DNA from: a virus
DNA length: 64,000 bases
Strand: one strand, 5' to 3'
IMG/VR virus record: IMGVR_UViG_3300028392_000050
Location: 1-64,000 of that record
Part shown: in pieces, positions 1 to 9,671 of the stretch
How positions within the stretch are numbered: position 1 is the stretch's first letter
Layout of the letters: each line of letters opens with the position of its first letter
The notes under the pieces: model-generated
What the model saw: only the letters and a program-made list of their open reading frames with translations
What the model was told of the DNA's origin: nothing
Databases searched by the model: none
Translations under genes and position numbers: made by a program

Positions 1-2
1 AG

Positions 3-77
3 GTTATCGGTGTAATTGATATCCCATCGCGACTACTTCGGTATGGTCGATGGGGGATGGACTTTCCTTCATTATGA
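3..77 (+). CDS. 3' end of an upstream gene (partial)
   Basis: Open frame VIGVIDIPSRLLRYGRWGMDFPSL* whose TGA overlaps the helicase ATG (ATGA at 74-77). Confidence 0.6.
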   Translation, partial: VIGVIDIPSRLLRYGRWGMDFPSL

Positions 78-1300
78 GTACAGAAACAAAACTAATTGGT
101 GCGGCCATTCGTGTCCGCGACCTATCCTCCCTATTTGAGCGCGGGGTATCCGACTCTTGGTTTTCTAACGAAGATGACAAGCGTGTCTGGACATACCTGC
201 GTACGCACTTTGCCAAGTACGGTGAGTGCCCAAGCGAAGAGGTAATCGCAGCTAACTTCCCTACCTATCGAGTAGCGGAACTAACTGACTCAATTGACTT
301 CCTACTAGATGACTTAGTAGATAAGCGACGCAAGCTTTCTATTAGCAATACGCTACGTCAAGCAGTAGAAGCAATCCAAAACGAAAAAGACCACGAGGCA
401 GCCTTGCTGCTTATGCAGGGTGGTTTAGTAAAGCTTGAAGAAGAGGGCCTGAACAAGACCTCAGATATCAACTTGATTACAACCACAGAATCGCGGTGGG
501 AAGATTACTTATTCCGTAAGAACAACCCTGGTCTACTAGGAGTAGCTACCGGATTCCCTACCATAGATGCTGTAACCAACGGGTTGCAAAAGGGTCAGCT
601 AATTGTAATTGTTGCTACGCCTAAGACAGGTAAGTCAACGCTTGCTTTGCAGATTGCTAATAATATCCACAAGCAAGAGATGTCGCCTATGTTCCAGTCA
701 TTTGAGATGACTAACCGAGAACAGCAGAACCGCTATGACTCAATGCGTGCCCTAGTTTCTCACAACCGTTTGATTTCAGGTACATTGACTAAGGACGAAG
801 AAAAGCGATTCCAAGACTCGTTGAACAGTATGGCTGACGACCCTACTAACTTCTGGCTTGTAGATGCTGCTCACGGCATTACCGTGTCCACTATTCAGAG
901 CAAGATTCAAACGCTTAATCCAGATGTCGTATTTATTGACGGTGTGTATTTGATGCTAGATGAGCAGACCGGTGAGTCAAACACCCCACAGGCCTTGACC
1001 GGAATTACTCGTTCGCTAAAGCGTCTAGCCCAGCGCACAAACAAGCCAATCGTTATTACTACACAGGCGCTTAACTGGAAGACTAAAAAGGGTAAGGTAT
1101 CTACTGACTCAATCGGTTACTCATCATCATTCCTGCAGGACGCAGACGTTGTGTTTGGCCTTGAGCGTGAAGATGAAAACGTAGACGATACCAGAACCCT
1201 AAAGGTCATGGCTGCTCGTAACAGCGGTAACGTAGAAGCATCCCTAATGTGGGACTGGGCAAGCGGTTTGTTCCGTGAGATGACTAGTGATGACGTATGA
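74..1300 (+). CDS. dnaB: DnaB-like replicative helicase
   Basis: Walker A ATPKTGKS, SFEM, VFIDGVYLM, QDAD and ARN motifs of SF4 helicases; start moved to 74 because of the ATGA overlap. Confidence 0.92.
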   Translation: MSTETKLIGAAIRVRDLSSLFERGVSDSWFSNEDDKRVWTYLRTHFAKYGECPSEEVIAANFPTYRVAELTDSIDFLLDDLVDKRRKLSISNTLRQAVEAIQNEKDHEAALLLMQGGLVKLEEEGLNKTSDINLITTTESRWEDYLFRKNNPGLLGVATGFPTIDAVTNGLQKGQLIVIVATPKTGKSTLALQIANNIHKQEMSPMFQSFEMTNREQQNRYDSMRALVSHNRLISGTLTKDEEKRFQDSLNSMADDPTNFWLVDAAHGITVSTIQSKIQTLNPDVVFIDGVYLMLDEQTGESNTPQALTGITRSLKRLAQRTNKPIVITTQALNWKTKKGKVSTDSIGYSSSFLQDADVVFGLEREDENVDDTRTLKVMAARNSGNVEASLMWDWASGLFREMTSDDV

Positions 1301-2247
1301 GACTAGAGCAGATGGAGACGGTATTACGCCGTCTAGATATTGAACCGGTCAATGCACGCGGCTCAGAGGTACTTGCACTATGCCCAGGCCACAAAGAAAT
1401 TACTGGCAAGGAAGACCGTAGCCCGTCATGGTGGATTAACTCTGAAACCGGTGCTCACATCTGCTTCTCCTGCGGATTTAAAGGCAACTTATTTTCGTTA
1501 ATCGCTACCGTGCAAGGCTACAAAGACCCTAACGGTTTTTTAGATTACGCCGATGCTAAAGACTGGCTATACCTATCTTTTGATAATATCCAGCTAGGCG
1601 CTCCAGAAGAAGAACAAGAGCAAGAGTCTGTATTCAAAGAAGTTACTAATATCACAGAGTCAAGACTTGCTTTGTTTACGCTACCTCCGGCACACGCGCT
1701 ATCGGCCCGCGGATTTACATACGAAGCTGCTGAAAAACATCAACTGCTTTGGGATACCGTGCACTCAAACTGGATATCAGTAATTCGTGACCCGCATTCA
1801 AATAAATTACTCGGATGGCAGGAGAAAGGGTTTAGTCGCCGTTATTTCCGAAACTACCCGACTGGGGTAGAAAAGTCTACAACGTTATTTGGGCTTAACC
1901 GATATTCCGGAGGACGCATGATTGTTGTAGAGTCCCCATTAGACGTAGTAAGATTAGAGTCTGTAGGAATAACTGGAGCAGTATCTACTTATGGCTCTAT
2001 GATTTCTAATGCTCAGATTGAGTTAATTAAAGAGGCAGATGAAATCTTGTTTGCTTTAGACAATGACGAGTCTGGCATTAATGCATCTAAAAAGATGCTA
2101 GAGCAAAACTTTGAGGCTTGGTATTTTAACTATGGCCACACAGATATGAAAGACGTAGGCGCAATGAGCCGTATTGAAATCCTTACCGGATTGGATAACG
2201 CTAAGCACTCCGTAAATGGTCTAGGAGCACTGACATGGGGTTCGTAG
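1297..2247 (+). CDS. DNA primase (zinc finger + TOPRIM)
   Basis: CPGH...CFSC zinc finger, VVESPLD and ALDNDESG TOPRIM motifs; coupled to helicase. Confidence 0.9.
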   Translation: MRLEQMETVLRRLDIEPVNARGSEVLALCPGHKEITGKEDRSPSWWINSETGAHICFSCGFKGNLFSLIATVQGYKDPNGFLDYADAKDWLYLSFDNIQLGAPEEEQEQESVFKEVTNITESRLALFTLPPAHALSARGFTYEAAEKHQLLWDTVHSNWISVIRDPHSNKLLGWQEKGFSRRYFRNYPTGVEKSTTLFGLNRYSGGRMIVVESPLDVVRLESVGITGAVSTYGSMISNAQIELIKEADEILFALDNDESGINASKKMLEQNFEAWYFNYGHTDMKDVGAMSRIEILTGLDNAKHSVNGLGALTWGS

Positions 2248-3818
2248 GAACACTGCTGCCTTATCAGCCAGAGGCCGTTGATAAGATGACCGAGCGCGGC
2301 AAGATGCTAGTTGCTTATGACCTAGGACTTGGTAAAACAGTCTTGACTATTGCTGCTATTGAAGGGTTGATGGATAGCGGGGAAATTATTGAACCAGGTT
2401 TAATTATCTGCTTGTCTAGCCTTAAATACCAGTGGCAGTCATCCATTACTAAGTTTACTAATGGCTCTAACGCCCTTGTAATTGACGGCACCCAGGACCA
2501 GCGTAAACGCCAATATCAAAAGGCGTTAAAGTGGAAAACTTATGGCGTTGACTACATCATTATGAACTACGAACAAGTAGTTAATGACTGGGAGTATGTA
2601 AGTAAACTACCACGCGGATTTGTTGTGTTGGACGAAGCAACTGCTATTAAATCATTTAAATCTAAACGTGCTAAGGCAGTTAAAAAGTTAGCCACCTCTA
2701 AATACAGGTTTGCGCTTACCGGCACGCCTATTGAAAACGGTAAACCAGAAGAACTATTCAGCATCATGCAGTTTGTGGATGAAAGCGTACTTGGTAGGTT
2801 TGACAAGTTTGATATGACGTTTATTGTGCGCAATGCCTGGGGTGGTGTAGAGCGTTATAGAAATCTACCTACTTTGCATGAACGTATGAAAGAAGCCTCT
2901 GTACGTAAAGCACAAAGTGACCCAGATGTAGCACCCTTTTTGCCCGCCACTATTCACAAAGACCCTGTGTATGTAATGATGGATAGAAAAACAGCCAATC
3001 TTTACAAGCGTATTGCAGATGATTTGCTACTAGACTTGGATAACGCACAAACCTTATTTGGTAGCAACTTCAATGTCTTAGCTCACTACGGATTTGAAAA
3101 GTCTTGGGGAGGACCTGCAGACGAACTACGTGGCCAATTGATGTCTAAGATAGGCTGCCTTAAAATGCTGACTTGTTCCCCAGAGCTGCTTCAAATAAGT
3201 GCTGAAAAGTTCCGTGCAGGTAACGGACAAGGCTCAGCGTACGCGGCTCAATTAGACGACGAAGAGCTATTAAGTAATTTGCCGAATACAAAACTAGAAG
3301 TATTTATTAAATATGTAAAAGACTTCTTAGACCAGGATGAAAAGAATAAATTAGTTGTGTTTTGCTCATATGTCGATATGGTAGATATTATTGCTGACCG
3401 CATTGGTAGAGACATAAGCGTTACATACACCGGACAACTAGATGCTAAGACAAAGGAAAAACACAAAAATGCTCTTAATAATGACCCTAATATTCGTGTT
3501 TTTATTAGTTCAGATGCTGGTGGCTATGGAGTTGACCTACCATCCGCCAACATGCTTATCAATTATGATTTACCTTGGTCTTCTGGCCTTGCTATTCAGC
3601 GTAATGGGCGTATTCGTAGGGCTTCTTCCGCTTGGAAAACTATTGTAATCCAAGACTTCCTAGTTACTAATTCAGTGGAAGTTCGTCAACACGCAGCTCT
3701 CCAGCAAAAAAATGCTGTGGCATCTGCGGTTATTGACGGTACCGGAATTAACGAAAGCGGCGGAGTGGACTTGACAATTGGCACACTTCGTGGTTTCCTA
3801 TTAGATATGTCGGTTTAA
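2235..3818 (+). CDS. SNF2-family helicase
   Basis: DLGLGKT, LDEA, ALTGTPIEN, GGYGVDL, QRNGRIRR motifs. Confidence 0.9.
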   Translation: MGFVGTLLPYQPEAVDKMTERGKMLVAYDLGLGKTVLTIAAIEGLMDSGEIIEPGLIICLSSLKYQWQSSITKFTNGSNALVIDGTQDQRKRQYQKALKWKTYGVDYIIMNYEQVVNDWEYVSKLPRGFVVLDEATAIKSFKSKRAKAVKKLATSKYRFALTGTPIENGKPEELFSIMQFVDESVLGRFDKFDMTFIVRNAWGGVERYRNLPTLHERMKEASVRKAQSDPDVAPFLPATIHKDPVYVMMDRKTANLYKRIADDLLLDLDNAQTLFGSNFNVLAHYGFEKSWGGPADELRGQLMSKIGCLKMLTCSPELLQISAEKFRAGNGQGSAYAAQLDDEELLSNLPNTKLEVFIKYVKDFLDQDEKNKLVVFCSYVDMVDIIADRIGRDISVTYTGQLDAKTKEKHKNALNNDPNIRVFISSDAGGYGVDLPSANMLINYDLPWSSGLAIQRNGRIRRASSAWKTIVIQDFLVTNSVEVRQHAALQQKNAVASAVIDGTGINESGGVDLTIGTLRGFLLDMSV

Positions 3819-3819
3819 T

Positions 3820-3987
3820 ATGCCTACATATGAGTATCACTGTGAACACTGTAATAAATCAATTCTATTAATACATGAAATGAATGAACAGCCAAAGCCA
3901 GTATGCGAAGATTGCTCAACTCCTTTAAACCGAGTGTTTAAAATAGGAGCAGTTCAGTTTAGAGGCGGGGGCTGGGGAAGAAACTAA
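3820..3987 (+). CDS. FmdB-type zinc-ribbon protein (55 aa, not in ORF track)
   Basis: MPTYEYHCEHC...CEDC...VQFRGGGW. Confidence 0.8.
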   Translation: MPTYEYHCEHCNKSILLIHEMNEQPKPVCEDCSTPLNRVFKIGAVQFRGGGWGRN

Positions 3988-4223
3988 TGACGTTTGAAGA
4001 ATGGCTGCAACACGGCCTTACTCAAGGTTGGATTGGACCTAGTGTCTGCCACACTCACGATGGCTTACCTATGAGCGAGGATGAGTACGAAGAGTATGAC
4101 CGCGGAGACGACCCTTGCGTACATATATTAAGACTTTATGAAAGCCTAGAACACAAGGCTGCCGTAGAAGCAAACCACTCACCAAGCATTTGGCGAGCTA
4201 CCAATTCCGGCTACGAAATATAA
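3987..4223 (+). CDS. hypothetical protein
   Basis: Overlaps upstream stop; CHTHDG and PCVH motifs. Confidence 0.75.
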   Translation: MTFEEWLQHGLTQGWIGPSVCHTHDGLPMSEDEYEEYDRGDDPCVHILRLYESLEHKAAVEANHSPSIWRATNSGYEI

Positions 4224-4235
4224 GGAGAAATAATG
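4143..4235 (+). repeat. left copy of a 93-bp diverged direct repeat flanking the MTase gene
   Basis: AGCCTAGA...GAAATATAAGGAGAAATAATG, matched at 5009-5101. Confidence 0.85.
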
Positions 4236-4982
4236 TTGCCAATTGCTTCTAATGCTTCAGGTTCGCTTTATGCGGTTGATGCAGTCAAGTTCATGAAAGC
4301 TTTGCCTTCTAATGCTGTTCAATTGATTTGGACTGATCCGCCTTTTGGAACTAATAATGTTCAGCGTATTGAATCAACTGCTAAACAATACAAGGATTTG
4401 ACTGTTGATCAGGTTATTGAATTGATGGTTGATGTTGGTAAAGCTGCTTTTGATGCTTTGACTGATACTGGTGTTCTTGCTATTTGTTTAGATTATCGGT
4501 CAGTCCATCAGGTTTACTGCGAGATGCTTAAAATTGGTTTTATTCCGCAGAATGAAATTATTTGGACTTTTGGGCTAGGGCGTGGTGCTTCTAAATGGTG
4601 GGCGAATAAACATAATACGATTCTGCTTTTCAGTAAAACTTCTAATCCTTTATTTCAAGCAGACTTTGTTCCTTATGTTGAACGCAAATGGCCGAAGAAG
4701 GGTTATGAAGGGACTAAGAAGGTTGCTTCAGTTTGGGATATAACTTTGTCTAATACGCATCCTGAGCGTGTTGGTTATCCTAATCAGAAACCTTTGGATT
4801 TGATAAAGCCTTTTATTGAAGTGCATACTAAAGCTGGTGATGCTGTTGTTGATCCTTTCGGGGGTTCTGGTTCTACTGCTCATGCAGCTAAGTTACTTGG
4901 AAGGCGGTTTGTTACTAATGACGCTAATCCGGTTGCTGTTGATGTGATGTTGAAGCGATTGTTTGATCATGGCAAGAGATAG
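4233..4982 (+). CDS. N6-adenine/N4-cytosine DNA methyltransferase (beta class)
   Basis: TDPPF catalytic motif, YPNQKP, VVDPFGGSGST SAM-binding motif. Confidence 0.9.
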   Translation: MLPIASNASGSLYAVDAVKFMKALPSNAVQLIWTDPPFGTNNVQRIESTAKQYKDLTVDQVIELMVDVGKAAFDALTDTGVLAICLDYRSVHQVYCEMLKIGFIPQNEIIWTFGLGRGASKWWANKHNTILLFSKTSNPLFQADFVPYVERKWPKKGYEGTKKVASVWDITLSNTHPERVGYPNQKPLDLIKPFIEVHTKAGDAVVDPFGGSGSTAHAAKLLGRRFVTNDANPVAVDVMLKRLFDHGKR

Positions 4983-5008
4983 TTTCAGTTTTACTGTTTT
5001 TGGGTTTG

Positions 5009-5101
5009 AGCCTAGACCGCAAGGCTGAAGTAGAGGCAAACCACGCACCAAGTATCTGGAGAGCAACAAACTCAGGTTATGAAATATAAGGAGAAATAAT
5101 G
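5009..5101 (+). repeat. right copy of the 93-bp diverged direct repeat
   Basis: Encodes SLDRKAEVEANHAPSIWRATNSGYEI* versus SLEHKAAVEANHSPSIWRATNSGYEI* in the left copy. Confidence 0.85.
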
Positions 5102-5227
5102 GCCAAAGGAAAATCAGCACCAGCACCAGTCACTAAGGCTAGTGATGGCCGTAACAACGGTAAAGCATTTAAGAAGCACCCAAAGATTTTTGACGCAATT
5201 AAACGAAAGTTAGTGCGCAAAAAGTAA
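5099..5227 (+). CDS. small basic protein (42 aa, not in ORF track)
   Basis: AAGGAG RBS; MAKGKSAPAPVTKASDGRNNGKAFKKHPKIFDAIKRKLVRKK. Confidence 0.6.
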   Translation: MAKGKSAPAPVTKASDGRNNGKAFKKHPKIFDAIKRKLVRKK

Positions 5228-5228
5228 A

Positions 5229-5264
5229 TAAAAAACCCCCTGCTAAACAGCAGGGGGTTTTTTA
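5229..5264. terminator. bidirectional intrinsic terminator
   Basis: AAAAAACCCCCTGCT-AAAC-AGCAGGGGGTTTTTT between convergent genes. Confidence 0.85.
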
Positions 5265-5274
5265 CTATAAACTA

Positions 5275-5643
5275 TTAAGCTGTAGGAGCCTCTTCTTCTG
5301 GGGCGTCTACGTGGTCTGCAAGTTCTGATAGGTCACCAAAATCGCTAAGCTGAGGAGTTTCAGCAGCAGATTCTTCAAGTGCCTTCTTAATCTCAGGGTC
5401 ATTTGCTGACTGCTTTGCAACAGCTGCGCGGAAACCCTTTTCAATTTCTTCATTAGAAATAGTGGCATCCCAAGCAAGCTGGACACCAAAATAAATGATG
5501 ATTGATGAGAACACGGTCATAACACCGTTTAGAGCACCCAAGATAGGGCCAATGCCTGATGCAGCACCGGTAGCCATACCTGGAATTGCAGCAAACATAA
5601 TCACACCAATGGTGCGCTTAATTAGGTTAAAAAGTTGCTTCAT
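5275..5643 (-). CDS. holin-like membrane protein
   Basis: Two hydrophobic segments and an acidic tail; directly downstream of the M23 peptidase. Confidence 0.55.
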   Translation of the reverse strand: MKQLFNLIKRTIGVIMFAAIPGMATGAASGIGPILGALNGVMTVFSSIIIYFGVQLAWDATISNEEIEKGFRAAVAKQSANDPEIKKALEESAAETPQLSDFGDLSELADHVDAPEEEAPTA

Positions 5644-6167
5644 TATTTAATCTCCTGTTTGCAGGTAGGGCAAACCTTTGGGTCTGCGTGAACTGGGGCA
5701 GCAGCAGGTGCAACAGCAGGCTTAGCAGCCTTCTGCTTTGCAATCTGGCCTTTAATGTATTCGTGAGCGTTGTATACTTTACCGCCAAACACACCTTCTA
5801 CAGATGTGCTAAGAGTAAAGTGCAAATGACAACCAAAACTCGCTGAGCCGGTGTTACCTGCGTGACCTACTACATCTCCTGACTTCACAACTGTTCCAAC
5901 CTTAAGTGGCGATGGCTCATTCATGTGGCAGTAACCAAAGTAGTGGTCATTATCTGTTTTTAGTACTACGACGTTGCCGAGTACTGCGCTTTGTGCTAGA
6001 GGTCTGTTAAGTACGATTGTTCCATCGTTTACGGCGAGCAAAGGCTCTCCGACTGCGAAACCGTTATAGTCGGTTCCACGGTGACCTGGGGCTTTGTGCC
6101 ACTGGTCTACTGCGCCAAATAGTGATCCGAGTTTGACCTTCTTTACTGGGAAAATCCAGTTACCCAT
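5643..6167 (-). CDS. M23 family peptidoglycan peptidase (endolysin-like)
   Basis: HRGTD (HxxxD), YCHM, GNTG...HLHF (HxH) motifs. Confidence 0.88.
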   Translation of the reverse strand: MGNWIFPVKKVKLGSLFGAVDQWHKAPGHRGTDYNGFAVGEPLLAVNDGTIVLNRPLAQSAVLGNVVVLKTDNDHYFGYCHMNEPSPLKVGTVVKSGDVVGHAGNTGSASFGCHLHFTLSTSVEGVFGGKVYNAHEYIKGQIAKQKAAKPAVAPAAAPVHADPKVCPTCKQEIK

Positions 6168-6237
6168 AGGGATTCCTTTCGAAGGGTTGGAGGGGACATA
6201 TCTATTGTCCCGTATTTACAGGCATTTTACAGGGGAA

Positions 6238-6283
6238 AAGAAAAACCCGGGTACCTGCTAATTAGCAAATACCCGGGTTTTTA
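6238..6283 (-). terminator. intrinsic terminator
   Basis: AAAAACCCGGGTA...TACCCGGGTTTTT. Confidence 0.75.
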
Positions 6284-6289
6284 GCTAAA

Positions 6290-6448
6290 TTATTCAGCTT
6301 CTGGAGCGTCTTCCTCAGCTTCTTCAGCCTCTTCAACGTCATCGAAATCTACGAAGTCATCAACTTCTTCAACTTCTACAACATCCAGTTCAGCCTCAAG
6401 TTCAGCATCAGTTACTTCTACAGCATCTAGGTTTAGTTCATCCGACAT
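6290..6448 (-). CDS. extremely acidic 52-aa peptide (not in ORF track)
   Basis: MSDELNLDAVEVTDAELEAELDVVEVEEVDDFVDFDDVEEAEEAEEDAPEAE; AAAGGA RBS upstream, terminator downstream. Confidence 0.7.
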   Translation of the reverse strand: MSDELNLDAVEVTDAELEAELDVVEVEEVDDFVDFDDVEEAEEAEEDAPEAE

Positions 6449-6495
6449 AATGGTATCCTTTGTCTAGGTGGGTGGGGGGACACTTTTATTATGGC

Positions 6496-6684
6496 TTATT
6501 CGTCGCGATTACGCAGCGGGAAAGTAAGAATCCAGATAAGAAGAGTGACACCAATCAACTTACCTACGATATCTCTAGCAGAGCCTTCTAGAAGCACCCA
6601 ACCAAGGGCTAGACCCAAAAGGGTCCAAGCCTGGTCAAGTAGGTCTCTAAGCAGGGCAACTAGGAATTTTTTTACCTTTTTCAT
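6496..6684 (-). CDS. small membrane protein
   Basis: Two hydrophobic helices; overlaps the PA14 gene stop. Confidence 0.7.
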   Translation of the reverse strand: MKKVKKFLVALLRDLLDQAWTLLGLALGWVLLEGSARDIVGKLIGVTLLIWILTFPLRNRDE

Positions 6685-8198
6685 TGTTTTCTCCTATTTG
6701 TTCTATTTGAGGATGATGAGCCACCAGAAGCGGTTGCCAGGGCAGCTGTTTGAGCAATTTGCCCAACGACTAGGGTGGTTACTACAAGTGTCTGAGCTTT
6801 TTTACGGGCTTTAGGTGAGATATCCGCACCTACGTTACCAATAGCGTTCAATACGTTAGCAATGGCTACAGCAGCTTGACCAACACCAGGAATATTCGCA
6901 ATACCTGGGTCAACCACAATGTCATCTTGCTCGGCTGCCAAGTAAAGCGCATCCAAAGCTTGCTGGTACTCTGGTGAGCCTTCTGTTGCTGTTTCAAATA
7001 CAACCAAAGCCGCTTCTTTAAGTTGCGTGGCCTGTTCTGGAGTCAACTGGGTAGGGTCTACTGCCTGTAAATCAACTTGGCCTAAATCAGTAATTACCGC
7101 AGGAATATTAGGGTCACCTTGCGGCTCTGGCTGTGGTTCTGGAACAACTGGCGGGACTACGACAGGTGGGTCAGGGACTACCACAGGCGGAACAACTACC
7201 GGAGGTTCTGGAATAACTGGCGGCACAACTACAGGTGGGTCAGGTATTACAGGTGGCTGAGGGTCTACCGGCGGGTCAGGAATAACTGGCGGAACTACAA
7301 CAGGAGGTTCAGTAGGTTGTGGCACAGGGACGACTACTTGGTCAAAGCCTGTGTGAACTACGATTGGGTCAGAGTACTGCGAGTAAACGTGAAGAGTGTC
7401 ATTGTCAGAACGCACCATAAAAGTAACGTCTGTATCTTCTGGCAAACCACCAATCGTAATATTTTGGTCGGTAGAACTTACCCCCCAACCATCAGCACCT
7501 GCGTAAGTCCAAGTTACTGCGTAGTGCTCAATTGGAGTGTCTTCAACAACTGCTCCCCAAACCAAATCAACGTTAGTGCCATCAGCAGTTCCAACTAGAC
7601 CAACTGGCTGGCTTAGAAAAGGCGGGTTAACAAATACTGGAGCAGAGCCGTCAGTAGTGAAATATTCAGAAGGAACGACATCCCAGTTAGAGCCGTTGTC
7701 AGGAGAATACATAAGAGTATCGCTGGCACCACCACCATACTCGTAGAACCAAGCGTCTAGAGCGTAGGTATGACCGCCCTCAATCTTGATGTCTGGATAA
7801 ACCTGACCCCAGCGACCTTTTAGCACCCAGTCATTAGTAATGATTGGAGTTCCGTCAAGAGATAGCCAGAAACCGTCATCAGCAGGAGCCATAAACGCAA
7901 AAGTGCCAGACTTTGGGAAAGTTACAAAACCTGTGTAATGTACCAAAACAAAATCAGGCTGACATCCAGCAACAGCTCCTAAAGCATCAAAGTCGGCATC
8001 AATGTTGTCAACGTGAGTCCACGCACCTTCACAAGGGGTGTACGGTTGACGGTCAGGAGTACTTGACCGGTCATAAGTGTAAACCTGGACATTAAGCCCG
8101 GATACTGTATCGGCAGACGCTATTGCTGGGAATAGTAGCGGTGTAAAAGCAAGTGGTAGTGTGACGAATAGCGCTGCGAATTTACGCAGACTTCTCAT
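6681..8198 (-). CDS. exported PA14 + FN3 domain protein with Pro/Val-rich stalk
   Basis: Signal peptide (...AIASA/D), PA14 motifs ADDGFWLSLDG and WFYEYGGGA, FN3-like block, PPVVVPPVIPD repeats, hydrophobic C-terminus. Confidence 0.8.
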   Translation of the reverse strand: MRSLRKFAALFVTLPLAFTPLLFPAIASADTVSGLNVQVYTYDRSSTPDRQPYTPCEGAWTHVDNIDADFDALGAVAGCQPDFVLVHYTGFVTFPKSGTFAFMAPADDGFWLSLDGTPIITNDWVLKGRWGQVYPDIKIEGGHTYALDAWFYEYGGGASDTLMYSPDNGSNWDVVPSEYFTTDGSAPVFVNPPFLSQPVGLVGTADGTNVDLVWGAVVEDTPIEHYAVTWTYAGADGWGVSSTDQNITIGGLPEDTDVTFMVRSDNDTLHVYSQYSDPIVVHTGFDQVVVPVPQPTEPPVVVPPVIPDPPVDPQPPVIPDPPVVVPPVIPEPPVVVPPVVVPDPPVVVPPVVPEPQPEPQGDPNIPAVITDLGQVDLQAVDPTQLTPEQATQLKEAALVVFETATEGSPEYQQALDALYLAAEQDDIVVDPGIANIPGVGQAAVAIANVLNAIGNVGADISPKARKKAQTLVVTTLVVGQIAQTAALATASGGSSSSNRTNRRKQ

Positions 8199-8469
8199 TC
8201 TTAGATTCCTCTACATTTTTTAAAGCAACAGTCTGTTGGAAAGCCGCATTGATTTCGTTAAGGGTTAGTTTGCCATCTTCTAGGAAAGCCAAAGCTAGCA
8301 ATTCTACTACCTTAGCTACAGCCATCACACCACCCATTACGGCACTAAACCAGATAGGAATTTGTATGCCGCTCATAGAGCCTGCGACTGTACCAGCACC
8401 AATTACGCCTAGTGCTGAGGCTACAAAAGTTGCGATTACACGCAACAAAACGTTTGCAAAAAGTTTCAT
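8182..8469 (-). CDS. membrane protein, holin-like
   Basis: Hydrophobic helices; DGKLTLNEINAAF tail resembles DATISNEEIEKGF of 5275-5643. Confidence 0.6.
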   Translation of the reverse strand: MKLFANVLLRVIATFVASALGVIGAGTVAGSMSGIQIPIWFSAVMGGVMAVAKVVELLALAFLEDGKLTLNEINAAFQQTVALKNVEESKNEKSA

Positions 8470-8714
8470 AATTTTTTCTAAACTGATAGTTTTTATGGGA
8501 GTTTAGGTATAGAAACGCGTGTTTTAAGCAGATAACTGCGCGATTTATTTGACAAATAGGGTCTATTCCATTGTCCCCCATCCAGGTGTGTTTTTTTGGC
8601 TAAACCTTGCACACCTCTGTATTTCTATGTTATGGTCTTACCTATAACTTAATAAAGTGTCACTTCGACAATAAACGACCCCAGTACTAAAGCAATGAAA
8701 GGTAAGGTCGCTAA

Positions 8715-9254
8715 ATGAAAAAGTACGTAATGATAGCCAGTATTGTATTAGCTCTCGCTGGCTGCGCTGCATCAACAGCTACAGCAACCCCGCTAAAAAC
8801 TGTTAGTGTAGTTACAAAAGAAATAAAGCAAGTACCTGTAAACCAGCGGTTAATACAAACTGCAAAGGCGCATCAGGACGCTGCAAAAATGAAACAAGTA
8901 ATCAAGTACCTAAAAACTAGAGTAGATAGAACTGCTTATGTGTTTTCAGGTGCCAGTCCTCGTGGATGGGACTGTTCAGGTCTAGTGCGCTGGACCTACG
9001 AACGATTCGGAATCGAACTACCACATTCGGCTGATGCCCAAGGGCATTTAGGTAAAAGAGTATCTACCCCTAAACTAGGGGACATTGTTGTATTTGCTTA
9101 TAACGGCTCTAAGTCGTTTTACCACGCCGCCATTTACATTGGAAATGGAAAAATAATTAATGCACATCGTGGGGCTCACTCTACGATAATTCAGCCATTA
9201 ACGGATTACAAGAGCGGACAGATTAGATTTGTCCGAGTAATATCAACTCTATAA
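8715..9254 (+). CDS. NlpC/P60 cell-wall peptidase, predicted lipoprotein
   Basis: LAGC lipobox; DCSGLV catalytic Cys, GDIVVF, HAAIY...INAH. Confidence 0.9.
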   Translation: MKKYVMIASIVLALAGCAASTATATPLKTVSVVTKEIKQVPVNQRLIQTAKAHQDAAKMKQVIKYLKTRVDRTAYVFSGASPRGWDCSGLVRWTYERFGIELPHSADAQGHLGKRVSTPKLGDIVVFAYNGSKSFYHAAIYIGNGKIINAHRGAHSTIIQPLTDYKSGQIRFVRVISTL

Positions 9255-9420
9255 AAAAGTAATACAGCCCCGTCACTCGTTTAGGGTGGCGGGGTTTTTA
9301 TTTTATGTCATACTAGCCGTAGATTTACTAGACCAACCACGTGCAGTGGAAGGAAACACCCGACAAGGTATAGGGTGGTGCTGGGAAACTGGCACCACCC
9401 ACTTAAAAAGGAGGATGTAG

Positions 9421-9561
9421 TTGTCCAATTTTCTCCCGTTTCATATGAGAAAAAGCCAGCATTTACATCTTCGCCGTCCTAGAAATCTTTTAAAGAGCCA
9501 GCATAAAATGAGCATTTCGCGCCATAAAGTTTATAGCAAGGCTGCTTTACCTAAACAGTAA
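9421..9561 (+). CDS. small basic protein (46 aa, TTG start)
   Basis: AAGGAGG RBS; K/R/H-rich ORF. Confidence 0.45.
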   Translation: MSNFLPFHMRKSQHLHLRRPRNLLKSQHKMSISRHKVYSKAALPKQ

Positions 9562-9671
9562 CTACAGTTTTTGATATACTTTACCTAGGCACGCCAATTG
9601 GGTGCCGTAAATAAATGCTGTGCTATGGGCAGTAAATGTACCAAGGCACAGTTGTCGTCTAAGGAGACAAC

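Noticed and set aside
7027-7598. Gly/Thr- and Arg/Trp-rich plus-strand ORFs
   Set aside because: Antisense shadows of the Pro/Val repeats in the PA14 gene
8640-8714. Riboswitch upstream of NlpC/P60
   Set aside because: Leader is short and shows only weak pairing (CGACC/GGTCG); no recognisable c-di-AMP or other aptamer consensus
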